Made by a program: the position numbers and the translations under genes
The notes under the pieces: generated by a model
The model's database searches: none
The model's input: the letters and a program-made list of their open reading frames with translations, nothing else
What the model was told of the DNA's origin: nothing
From: the human T2T-CHM13v2.0 reference genome, Homo sapiens
NCBI RefSeq assembly: GCF_009914755.1
Contig: NC_060942.1
DNA length: 64,000 nt
Strand: one strand, 5' to 3'
Shown: in pieces, positions 13,361 through 25,409 of the stretch
Numbering within the stretch: the first letter of the stretch is position 1
Layout: each line of letters starts with the position of its first letter

Positions 13361-15479
13361 TCACCTTTTTCGGTTTTCATTGTCTTGTTAAATGGCATTG
13401 ATTTTCAACACCAACAGAAATCAAACTTTAAATTGACAGAGCTTGCAATAATATTTGTTTAATACTGTTGAGGAATATTATCTTTGATACACCACAGGTA
13501 AGGAGATTGGTTGTGTTCTTCAGAATGCAGAACTCTAAAGTGATTTGCTCCATTTTACCTATTTCATTCAAAAATCTAAAACTGTTATTTCATTTTAGAA
13601 TATGATCACACATCGTTAAATTTATTAGACTTATTATTTCTTTATGAAGACCTTGTGAAGAGAAAGGTCATCTTCAACTTCAACATCTTCAACTTCTTTT
13701 TCTTGGTAGTTTTTCTTGGTAGTTTCCTTTAAGTTCAGAAGTTTTAAAGCTTAAAAAGAAAAAAATTATTGAGTTTCAAAAAAAAGCTCTACGCTCTACT
13801 AAAGTTATCATGTATGGGAATTTTTCTGTGCAAGAAGAAAAGCAGTAGACTAACAAAAACAAAATGTCCACGTTCCTAAATATGTGTTATAGTTGTGAGG
13901 TGTTATGACCATTTAAAATGAAGCAATTGTTCCGTGAACTGTTATACTACCAGCAACTCCATTCAAAGAAAATCCTAGATATAAGGTTCACCCATAAATA
14001 TTAAGGTGGCTTAGGCGTGACCGGGTGTGTGTCCTTTCATCACTTGTCCACTCTGAGAAGATAATCCTGCTTTTCATTCATTAGCAATTTCAGTTCCTCT
14101 CCCATCATTTCAAAATAAGCGATAAATCAATACTTTAAAAAAAATTTGGGAAATATAACTTCTTTCTGTACCATAGAAAGAGAAATTATTCAGTCAAAAC
14201 TGTGGGTAGCATAAATTCTTAGCACACATTTTTTTTCCTTTAATTAATTTTGGCTTATATTTATTCATAGGGCCATAACAAGATTCAGAGGCTATAATGA
14301 TGTCAGCAACTCCTCTAAAATTTTATAGCAAGAGGATCTGAAGATCTCTGTTCAGCATTGCAGGGCTGCTCCTCTGTAACTCTTTGACTAGCCCCACAGC
14401 AGAACTCCATTTCTTGTTTGTCAAATTATGAAGTTAATTGTATTCATATTCTGAAACTGCCTAGCACCTAGAACATTTGGAATGCTGAAAAATATCTTAT
14501 GTAGCTGTTTGCCAGACACCAGAACATAAATCTAACTTACTTAGATTTACAGTACTACCGTTTCTCCTTTAAAAAGGACATGAGGGAAATGTTTAACTTA
14601 ATGAGGCAGAGGATCCTGGTGTGCAAGTTACATTACATTTTTCATTGCACAAGAGTAAATTATTGCTCCAGTTTCCTATATGGTACCCCAGTGGCCTCAA
14701 AGACACAATGTAGCTTCCCGAAATGCCAACTTTTGTCTTAGGCCATAACTTATTCTCAGAGAGTATGCTTTCTGAGAATTACCCATAACATTTCTTACAA
14801 TAGGCTGAATTTCTTGAAGGTCATTCATATATACCAACTTAACTGGATTTGTCTTTTGTTTTTTTTAACTTAGAAACATCCAAGTGATAAGTCTGCATAC
14901 ATTATTTTACAAAATGGAAAAACAATGGGCATTTTCTTTGTCTCAAACATTTAGAAAACCAGCAAAAAAAAAAAAATCTGGGTAAGAAATTAAATTATAG
15001 GGCATACAATTTTTTCTTGGAATTTTCCCACTGTTACTGCAAACTTTTTAAAATAAATAATCATGGGTCTTTTGGAGGTGGTCTTTGAGGGTTTAGAACT
15101 ATAATAATTAAATATATTGTTCTATATTTGTAAAAAAACAAAAACTTATTTTGAATACCAAATGTATGGACCCACATGTCCAAATGTGTGTTTGAGCTTT
15201 TTAAACAAGCTTTGCTTTCTAATAAGGTAATATAAGAATGTAATTAAAACAAAACAAAGTCCCTCCACCAATCAGTGTTGCAACATTTGGGTAAATTTTA
15301 GAGCTTGACAATTTTCAAAGCAGAGACATTACTCCAGGCTTTCTGCCAAACCATTACTGGTAATCTGATGACAAGGGATGAAGCAAATGAAAGTGCTGCT
15401 GCCTGGCTTAGTTAGATATGCATTTTCTAGAAGAGAAGCCAACAGATTTCTTATGCAAACCATCAAAATTGCAACTCAG

Positions 15480-15480
<1 letters not shown>

Positions 15481-15522
<42 letters not shown>
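15481..15522. repeat. (CA)21 microsatellite
   Basis: Perfect CA run. Confidence 0.97.
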
Positions 15523-15524
<2 letters not shown>

Positions 15525-16399
15525 GCTTTTACAAGTCTAGGAATATACACATTAAAACACAACTCCATGCTTAAGGGCAATGCAGAAGTAGCAGACACAG
15601 CTAGGGTTGACTGGATCCTTTCTTTACCTTGAGTGGTTTTAATAAATAGCAACATTTCTCTCAATGGCTGCAGTACAAATAATTAAATTACTTATATCTG
15701 GACAGGATTTAGCATTGCCTTCACATGGTTAAATTCCAACTACTACCCAAAATCTCTCATTGATAAGTGGGTGATTTGGGCTGCTATTGTCTGTGGTTTA
15801 TTTAAATGATTTAAATAAACATCTATTCTCCTATAGTGTTAAAAAACAATTTATGTACTATTAATGAAAAAAATCCACTTCAGTTAGTAACTATGAATGA
15901 CCTTCAAGATAGGGATATAAGAAAGTAATCAAATCAGGGATGTTTTATAAAAGGAAGACTTTGGAGTTTAATAAGTTCTGTGGAGGGGAAAAATACTGAG
16001 TAAATAACTGGGTATTTGCATGCATTATTTTGACAACGGGAGGGCTCTATTTTTTTTACCTATTTCTTTAGAAATCTACTTGATATAGCTGCAACTTCAG
16101 TATAGCAAATTTATATCTTGCCATTATAAAGTCTATGTTGTCTCTTAGCTCATATGATGGTATATATTTTCAAAATACAAATAAAAGAAAACATTTAATG
16201 TACTATGTTCTTTGACTATTTCACAACAAAAATATTTCACAACAAAAAATGAGAAACTAGCAATGTGTCTATTTTTTATAATCATTTCACAACCAAGACT
16301 CGTATCAAAATGACACTATCAATAACATGCATATTGGAGTAAGACATTCCTGAATCTCAGCATTATACTCCATATTTGAAGTCTTAAACAACCTACACA

Positions 16400-16790
16400 G
16401 TGCCAAGTCCCTGCCTTTGAGGAATGCAGTGCCCAGTGGGAAGACACATACATATGGTGATAGTTTAGTTAAATTGTAGTAAGTTATAGACAGTATAAAG
16501 GTGCCCAGAGAAGACATCCAGAAGAAGGTGATGCTTATATTGGATCTTAATAGATGAGTAAGAGTTATTTAGATAAGGAAAGATGGGAAGGGCTTTCAGG
16601 ATTGAAGGACTAGCATGAGCAAGGATATGAAAGGGCATGGTGTGCAGAGGAGATACCCAACAGTTTGGTGTTATAATAGGGTGAACTCTGAGGCTAAAAT
16701 GAAAGGCGATGAATTTGGAGGGGTAAATAGATATCCAGACATGGAAGGGTTTTCATGTCATTGTAAGGGGTTTGGTCTCTATTCCTTGGA
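16400..16790 (-). mobile_element. L2 fragment; probably resumes at about 17100-17240
   Basis: GAAGAAGGTGATGCTTATATTGGATCTTAATAGATGAGTAAGAGTT and GTAAGGGGTTTGGTCTCTATTCC antisense L2 motifs. Confidence 0.7.
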
Positions 16791-19094
16791 GGTTTAGTGC
16801 TTCGAAATCCAAACCCCTCCCACAAAGTAAACAAAGCAAAAATAAAATGAATACATTCCCACGAAAGGGACTGAAGCCATAGCTCAAAATGGCCTCCCAT
16901 CTGTATCCAGTTCTTTGAATTCTCAAGTATTTGCATTTTACTTCATAATGAATCTTTGTTTCATTCACCATAAAAGTATTTTTCTCCACATTTCTAGTAA
17001 GATGCACCATTTTTATCCAATAGCTCTCATCCCTTGAAATACTGTTTGTGTCCTTAGAATTCTCTATGATTACAAATCTTTTTTGACTGAGAAGTGCAGC
17101 TGTAGGTAGCAAAGATTATTTAAACTAAGAGTTTCAAGAAATGTATTTCACATAAATTGATCACTCTGGATGGTGATTTTAAAGAAGGCAAGAATACAGA
17201 CTGAGGAGAAAGAGAATATTGCAATAGTCTGCTCATAAAATGTTAGATGTAACAGATTTCATGATGCCTAGTTAGATGGAATAATATTTTGACCACTGAG
17301 GGGAGCTCCCCTATTTTTTCTACTTTGATTCTGTAGAAATCTAATTGATATAGCTGAATACTTTCCAAACTTGTTCCAAAGCAGACATTCTAAATAAATA
17401 TATAAAAAATGGACTACATTTTATGATTTTCTCATAGTTTCAGCCCTTCCCCAATACTACAAATACATACTAGGAGACATGGGAGAAAATGTTTGTTACT
17501 GTTACCAGCACTTATAACACAGAGAGAGGTGTTTGTCCTGAAGGGTTCCTGATTTCTTCTCATGACCTCTTGACATCTTGTGACAGTCTTCCACAAACAC
17601 TCAAAGTTCTGGGTTTTGCTGGAAATTGGGGTACTTTGTTTCCCATGCATTCACACAATCCACTTTATCCAGGGTCAATAGATCAGAAGATACAGAATTG
17701 CATACAACAACTAAGAAAAAGGCCAAAGAGGTAGCATTTCGATACTCAGTGAGGAAGGCTTTCTACTGATGGCTCTGTTTAATAGATACAGTAGTGAAAT
17801 GCAAGACAGAGGATTATAACAGTGCTTGATCTAGAAGTGGCAAGGATTCCAAATCCCTATGATTTGAATCTTAAATTGCTATGATGGATGCCAATTAAGG
17901 GAAGCCCAGAAGGTCTCTCCAATCCCTGATGAGGCTACCCTACTCTTTTGACAGACTCAATTATAATTTTCAATCTTACGAAAAGAACTGTGCCATGTCC
18001 TCCTCATTTTATATATCTAAGTAACTGGGTTGGTATTTATATGAATTGGAAGCATGCTTATGTGCCCAAGCCTACATAAAGATAGGCAGCCTGACCTATG
18101 ATGACATGGTTTTGCTATCACGGTCAGGAGTAGTCTTAATAAGTAGCTGTCTGTTACTAACTGCTGCCAGGAAGAAAGATTTTAAATTAGCAGTGCTAAA
18201 AATAAAAGACATATCCTTTATTCAAATAAACAATACTAAATAATCCTATTAGGTCAATTTGTTCATCTACTTGAAATATTTAATACCCTGGAGCACCCAT
18301 CAGTATGTCTTTCTACTCAAATATTCAGAAATTTGACAAAAGGGACAAAAGTATTCGTTAGGTTTTTTTTTTTTTTATGGATTCAGGCAGTGCAATGGTG
18401 AGAACTATTCATAAAAATTTCTAGGCCCAAATTGCTTCAATCATGCCTCATGGGACTTATGAAATCACAAGAGCAGATTCAGAATTCTTTCTTTTTTCCT
18501 TTTTGAGAAAAAAAAAGTTTATCCATCTCTATGTATTAGGGTGACCCATCTCTTTGTGAGAATAAAAGTCAGGCAGTTTTCCCATCAGAATGTCAACTCT
18601 GCTGCCTTCTCACCTGCTGTTTAAACATATAGATCTTTCTTCAATCAACCATGCAGAATATCAGCACTTCTAACAGCTGTCAACAAATTTAACCTTGGAT
18701 TGGCTGTGCTATAGCCAAGATACCTTCTCTAAGTGCTATTGTATATTGGATCTCAGACCTAGAGCACGTTGGCTTAACACTTTCTCTGCCCCCTCATACA
18801 CATGTAATGTCATTACTGAGTAACTATTTAATTTTGTGGTCTTGATTACTGCTCAAGTTTACCATAAAGCATGGCACTTTGGGAAAATAAAGAATGACTT
18901 TGAACAACTGCAGTAACATTTGTGCTAAATGCTACTTGCTATCTTCAGAATAAGGAGCTAAGCCCACACAATTCTCATAGGGATTATGCCAGGAAAAAGT
19001 TTATCACTCAAGACAAGCTTGTAAGCTTTCTTTATTGTACAAGATAAACTATATAATCTATCAGTTTCCCTTTTTGTTTTGACTGCTTTAATTC

Positions 19095-19392
<298 letters not shown>

Positions 19393-20183
19393 ACTGCTTC
19401 AATTCTTAAAGCTAAATTTGAATGCTCAGTTGTATTAATGATCCAGTTTTGGGTGCCTGATATAGCTACTGTCTTCAAAATTTGTTTTGACTCATACCTT
19501 TGCAGAGTCCCCTTTATTTTCTCTTTTATAACCCTTATCTCATGAAGGTGGAATTCCTTCCTTGTCTACTTGCCTGTGATTTTGGACTCACGTGATAACT
19601 GTCTAGTGTTCTACTGTTTCTCATCATCAAGCAAATAATGTTTAGTGAATTAACATTACTTTGCACTGTCTTGTATGTTTTAACAATGAAATATGCCATT
19701 TTGAAAATAGGAAGTAAAATTCTAAACCATCAAGAATGATTAACAAACCAATTAATTAGCTGAGAATAATAAATAAAAACAATAACAATTCTTAGGGACA
19801 CTTTGAGACCAATTTTCTCCAAAGAGCTTAGCGATATCCTCTTATCCTCCCTCCATTTTTGCCGAGATCTATATATATATATATTATTTTCAGTCAGGTC
19901 ACATTTTACTGTATTGAGTTTTATTTTCAGCAAGTTTTAATTTTGTTGGAGTTTGCATCAGAGGAATCTAGACAGAATAGTTAAACAATAAGGTCATGCC
20001 TGATTACAATGTGTTTATGTCATCAGTTTGTCCTATTCTTACAACCAAGGCCACTAGTCAAGTACGTGAGGAGACTTCTATAGGCTAAGGAAGATTTCAC
20101 CTGTGAGGCTGTGTTTATGAGAACTGGGATAAGTCAAACCAACCAAGAGCTGGTGTTTCTCTCATGGAAATCTTTTGACATCT

Positions 20184-20290
20184 AAGGAGACTGAGGCAGG
20201 AGAGATTAAGTAATTATCCAGGACCAGAACAAATCAGTCTTAATGGAAGTATAAATCACAAATTTTCTGGTTTAAAGTCCAGAAACTTTA
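20184..20290 (-). mobile_element. MIR fragment
   Basis: AAGGAGACTGAGGCAGGAGAGATTAAGTAATTATCCAGG core. Confidence 0.65.
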
Positions 20291-20584
20291 TGACTTTATG
20301 ACTTCCGTATGACTGAGCATACGGAACATGATTTTGAAGTGTGGTATATTGTCAACTTATCTTTTGTGCCAATAGCATGTACAGTTTGTTTTCAGGTACA
20401 TTTAAAAAATGTATAGATCCAAAGGGATCTGGGAAAGGGTGCAGAGAACTACATAAGTAACAGTGCACACTTGAAAATGAAATACTTAAGAAAACTGTGA
20501 TAAATCCACTCAGTAAAATAATATGTGGCCTTTTATGCATTTAGGCTGTTGTCCATTTCTTTAATGATCTAGAACAAAAGCCTT

Positions 20585-20745
20585 CCTGTAAACTGTATGA
20601 CTTCAGCATAGCTTATTTAACTTTTTATTCTCATCTCTTAAATTGGAACAATAATAGAGCTACTGCCTAGGATTGTTAAAAAGATTCGATGAGATAATCC
20701 ATGTAAAGAATTGATGAGCTCAGATTATTACATGTAGTAAAATAA
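20585..20745 (+). mobile_element. MIR fragment
   Basis: CTCATCTCTTAAATTGGAACAATAATAG...GGATTGTTAAAAGATTCGATGAGATAATCCATGTAAAG. Confidence 0.7.
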
Positions 20746-21672
20746 TGTCTATGAAAAGTGTTAATTACATAGGGAAAGGCTGATGTCACAATGTAACAAT
20801 ACCATAACCAGGACACAAATTATGCAATTAATTAGAATTATGTGGATATCTTGATAGAAAAGGCTAAGACAGAAACATTAATTGCAATTACTTTGGATTT
20901 TGAGAAAGAGGAGATTATTTTATTTCTTGTATTCACCTGTATTGTGCAAATTTTCTATAAAATGCATACAACATATGCTCAGAAAAAATATAAAATTCAT
21001 AAATATAGATCTAAACTCCCACAAAAAAAAATTCTCTTGGATCTTAACAATTCTTGGATTTTTTGGAGGTAGCTGGTGTGGTTTATTTGCTTACAACCTT
21101 TATCTGTGAGTGTACATCTCTAATACACCAAGGAAACAGTACCATTCAACTCTAGTGCAAATCCCTTTTAGCTTTTTAGACAGGTTCATTCACCTGTAAT
21201 GAAAATTTAACAGGTAGAGAGTGATTAAATCCTGGTCTCAGAAGTTTCCTCCAGTCTCAGGTGCTGAGCCCTATAAATCTTTATTCATATGAACTCATTT
21301 CTTTCTTTAGAACTTGTGTTACTCTTAAGCAAGGAACAAGTTCAGAAGAATCATGTATTCTTGAAGGACATGGGGGTGTGTAACTGTGAAAAGTGGCACC
21401 CGAGACTCCAGGCATACTCTGTAGCACCTCTTTGCTAAAGAAATAAAAAGCACCAGGGGTAAAACTCAGAGCAGAATCAATCTTAGAAGGGGCACAGGGG
21501 GAAAACAAAACTAAACTAAACCATGTGGGCTCAGGAGTCAGGAATCAGAGTTTCTTGGTTTGGGGACCTGGTTCTCCCCTTAGCTGTGTGTGGCCATGGA
21601 GGAGCTACTTCACCTCACTGAAAAATAAGTGAGATGGCAGATATAGCAGGTGTGGAGATGCTGGTCACTCAT

Positions 21673-22448
21673 CTCAAGAGCAGTTTCCAGAAGACTCCGC
21701 TGGCAGAGGGGTCTCGGGCATCTCGCTGGGCAGGCGTGCAGCACATCACATGCTACCTGGGCAGTCACAGAGCTGGGCTGGTGGCACTGGGCCTGTGTTT
21801 CACGGGGCTCATTGATGGCTGTCCACCTGCCCAGCCCAGGCTGACCATCTGGCCTCCTATGAGTGCATTCTGTGGGCGGCACCCTTCCTCACCCACTTGC
21901 TGCTCAACTGCAGCCAGCTGACACGGGCCACCGCGCGTGAGCTCACCGGCTGGCAAGGACATCACAACATTCCCTGTGCTGGCCTGGGAGGACCTGGGCA
22001 ACAACGGGGACCTGGCCTCCCTGGCTCAACCCCTGTTGGTTGGCCTGCACACCTCACTCCCCACCATCTACGCGTGCCTGGACCTTGAGCCTAGGACCTC
22101 TGGGATCCTGCAGCTGCTGGCTGGGACCTGAGGCCCAGACCTGCCATGCCAGGTGACCCACATACCACCTAACTCACTGCTACTGACTTGTGATGCTCTC
22201 ATGCACATAGGACAGTGGGCGATGGTGGCCAAGGAGGTCTCCCAGGCCCCCAGGGATCCTGTACAAATGCTCAACCTGAGATTAAGGGGACAGAAGGAGA
22301 ATGAACTCATAGGAGGCCATATGGTCAGCCCGGGCTAGAGTCTCAGCCTACCCTCAGCGGAAGGGGCCCTGGCACCCACAGTGTGGACCCTGTAATAAAG
22401 GGTAATGTCCACTTCCATCTTTCTGGAAAAAAAGAAAAAGAAAAAAAC
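21673..22448 (+). pseudogene. LRRC75B: Processed pseudogene (retrocopy) of the 3' part of LRRC75B (FAM211B/C22orf36), frameshifted with internal deletions
   Basis: GC-rich island. Frames read LKSSFQKTPLA, VQHITCYLGSH..LCFTGLID, LLNCSQLTRATARELT, KDITTFPVLAWEDLGNNGDLASLAQPLLVGL..TSLPTIYACLDLEP. These match the recalled LRRC75B C-terminus (KDTTKFPALAWVDLGNNVDVASLPQPLLVGL..TSLPTIYEGLDLEP). GCCAGG-TGA stop at 22154-22156, AATAAA at about 22394-22399, A-rich tail 22428-22448. Confidence 0.88.
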
Positions 22449-24850
22449 AGGGAGAGTATTTTCTGCCTATGCTGTGATTAGCTATATTGAAAAGCAATAA
22501 ACAAAGAAAGATTGTTGTCATTGATTTTGCAGCACTTGCACTCATCAGTAAACATTATTACACGTTGACATTTTCATGGTGCTCAGCTTGCCTGTAAACA
22601 TTTCCCCACCAATGTGCCTTGTTCTTGCCTTATACTTATGAAACACTATACATATTAATCTAAATGAAGATACTATACTCATTAGAATTAATCATGACTA
22701 GGAGAGTTTTCAGTGCATAAGCCAATCATAATGAGTCCACCTTCATGCTATACCTTATTACTTTTAAAAACATATACAGTCATATTTCATTTTATTGCAG
22801 GTCACTTTATTTCCATTCACAGATACTGTAATTTTTTTACAAATTGAAGGTTTGTGGCAACCCTGCCTCAAGCAAGTCTATCTGCCATTTTTCCAACAAC
22901 ATGTGCTCACTTCATGTCTCTGTGTCACATTTTGATAATTCCCACAATATTTCAAACTCATTATTATCCTATTGATTATGGTGATCTACAACTAGTAGTC
23001 TTTGATGTGGCTATTATAATTGTTTTGGGGTGCCATGAACTACACTCATATAAGACAGATATTTTAATCAATGTTGTCTGCATTCTGACTGCTCCACTGA
23101 CCAGCCATTCCTCCATTTCTCTCCCTATCCTCCAACCTCCCTATTCTCTGAGACACAGTAATGTTGAAATTAGGCCAAGTAATAACCCTACAATGGCTTC
23201 TAAGTGTTTAAGTGAAAGGAAGGATCCTGTGTCTCTCACTTTAAATAATAATTAGAAATGATTAAGTTAAGAAACACATGTTGAAAGCCAAGACAGGCTG
23301 AAAGCTAGGCCTCTTGCACCAAACAGTCAGCCAAATTGTAAATGCAAAGTAAAAGGGAAAGTTCTTGAAGGAAATTAAAAGTGCTACCCCAGTAAACCAT
23401 ATGAATGATAAGAAAGTGAAACAGCCTTATTGCTGATATAAAGAAAATTTTACCCATCTGGGAGGAAGATCAAATTAGCCACAACATTCCCTTAAGCCAG
23501 AGCCTAATCCAGCTCAAGGCCCTAACTCTTCAATTCTGTGAAGGCTGACAGAGGTGAGGAAGCTACAGAAGAAGAGTTGGAAGCTAGGAGAGGTTGGTTC
23601 ATGAGGTTGAAAGAAAGAAGCTGTCTCCATAACTAACGTAACAGAACAAGGTGAAGTACCAAGTACTGATGTAGAAGCTGAAGCAAGTTATCCATAAGAT
23701 CTAGCTAAGAAGACTGAGGAAGATAACTCCACTAAGCAACAGATTTTCAATTTAGACAAAACAGCTTTCTATAGGAAGAAGATGCCTTCTAGGATTATCA
23801 TAGCTAGAGATGCAAAGCCAATGCCTGCCTTCAAAGCTTCAAAGGATAAGGTGCCTCTTGTTAGGGTCTAATGAAACTGATAACTTTAAATTGAAGCCAA
23901 TGCTTATTTGTCATTCAAAGACCCTAGGTCCCATCAGAATAATGCTAAATTTACTCTGCCTGTTCTCTATAAATGGAATAACAAAGCTTGGATGATAATG
24001 CATCTGTTTATAGCATGGTTTCCTGAATTTTTAAAAATATTTTAAGCCCACTATTGAGACTTACTGCTAAAAAGAAAAAGATAATGTTCAAAATATTACT
24101 TCTCATTGACAATGCACCTGGAGCATCCAGGAGCTCTGATGGAGATGTACAATGAGATTCATGTCGTTTTCATGCTTCCCAAGACAACGTCCATTCTGTA
24201 GACCATAGATCAAGAGTAATTTCAACTTCCAAGTCTCATTATTTCAGAAATACATCTCCCAAGGCTGTAGCTGCAATAGACAATGATTCCTCTGATGGAT
24301 CTGGACAAAGTAAATCAAAAAGCTTCTGGAAAGGATTCTCCATCCTAGATGCTATTAAGGATATTTGTGGTTCATGGCAGGAGGTCAAAATATCATTAAC
24401 AGGAGTTTAGAAGAAGTTGATTTCAACCCTCATGAATGACTTTGAGGGGTCCAAAACTTCAGTGGAAGAAGTAACAGCAAATGTAGTGCAGATAGCAAAA
24501 GAAATAGAATTAGAAGTAGAGCCTGAAGATGTGACTGAACTGCTGCGATCTTTTGATAGAACTTGAAAACAAGAGGAGCTGGTTCTTACAGATGAGCAAA
24601 GGAAGTGGTTTCATGAGATAGAACCTATTCCTGGTCAAGACTCTGTCAACATTGTTGAAATGACAAAAAGTAATGTACAGTATTTCAAAAACTTAGTTGA
24701 TAAGGCAGTGACAGGGTTTGAGAGGATTCGCTCCAATTTTGAAAGAAGTTCTACTTTGGGTAAAATGCTATAAAACAGCATTTCACAGTACAGAGAAGTC
24801 TTTCATGAAAGGAAGAGCCAATTAATGCAGCAAACATCATTGTTTCCTTA

Positions 24851-25252
24851 TGTATTACGTCATTCTTGCATTGCTATAAAGAAATACCTAAAGCTGGGTA
24901 ATTTATAAGAAAAGAGGTTTAATTGACTTATGGTTCTACAGGCTGTGCAAGCATGGTGCTGACACCTGCTTAGCTTCTGGGGAGGCCTCAGGGAGCTTTG
25001 ACTTACAGAAGAAGGCAAAGCAGGAGCAGGCACAACACATAGTGAAAGCAGAAGCAAGAGAAAGAGTGGAGGGGAAGGTGCCACACTCTTTTAAACAACC
25101 AAATCTCACAAGAACCCACTATTGCAAGGACAGCACCAAGCCATGAGGAATGCGCCCCCATGACCCAAACACCTCCAACCAGGCCCCACCTCTCACTTTG
25201 GGGATTACATTTCAATGTGAGATTATGGGGGACAAACATGCAAACTATATCA
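24851..25252 (-). mobile_element. MSTB-like MaLR solo LTR in Tigger1
   Basis: TGTATTA...CAAACTATATCA; 5-bp TSD CCTTA/TCTTA. Confidence 0.92.
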
Positions 25253-25409
25253 TCTTATTTTTTAAAATTGCCATAGCCACCCTAACCTTCAGCAACTATT
25301 ACCCTGATCAGTCAGCAGATATCAGCAACAAGGCAAGACTCTCCATGGGCAAAAAGAGTATGACTCAGGAAAGGCTTAGATGATTGTCGGCATTTTTTGG
25401 AGGTAAAGA

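Noticed and set aside
13418-13620. Plus-strand exon 13418-13497 (CAG|GTAAGG) with a 101-nt intron
   Set aside because: Stops in all three frames and a weak upstream acceptor; no support beyond motifs
21610-22338. Dense overlapping ORFs read as a functional gene
   Set aside because: Explained by the high GC of a frameshifted retrocopy lacking the N-terminal half
23260-24770. Domesticated TIGD1-like transposase
   Set aside because: Many stops and frameshifts; no transposase-frame ORF of meaningful length in the track
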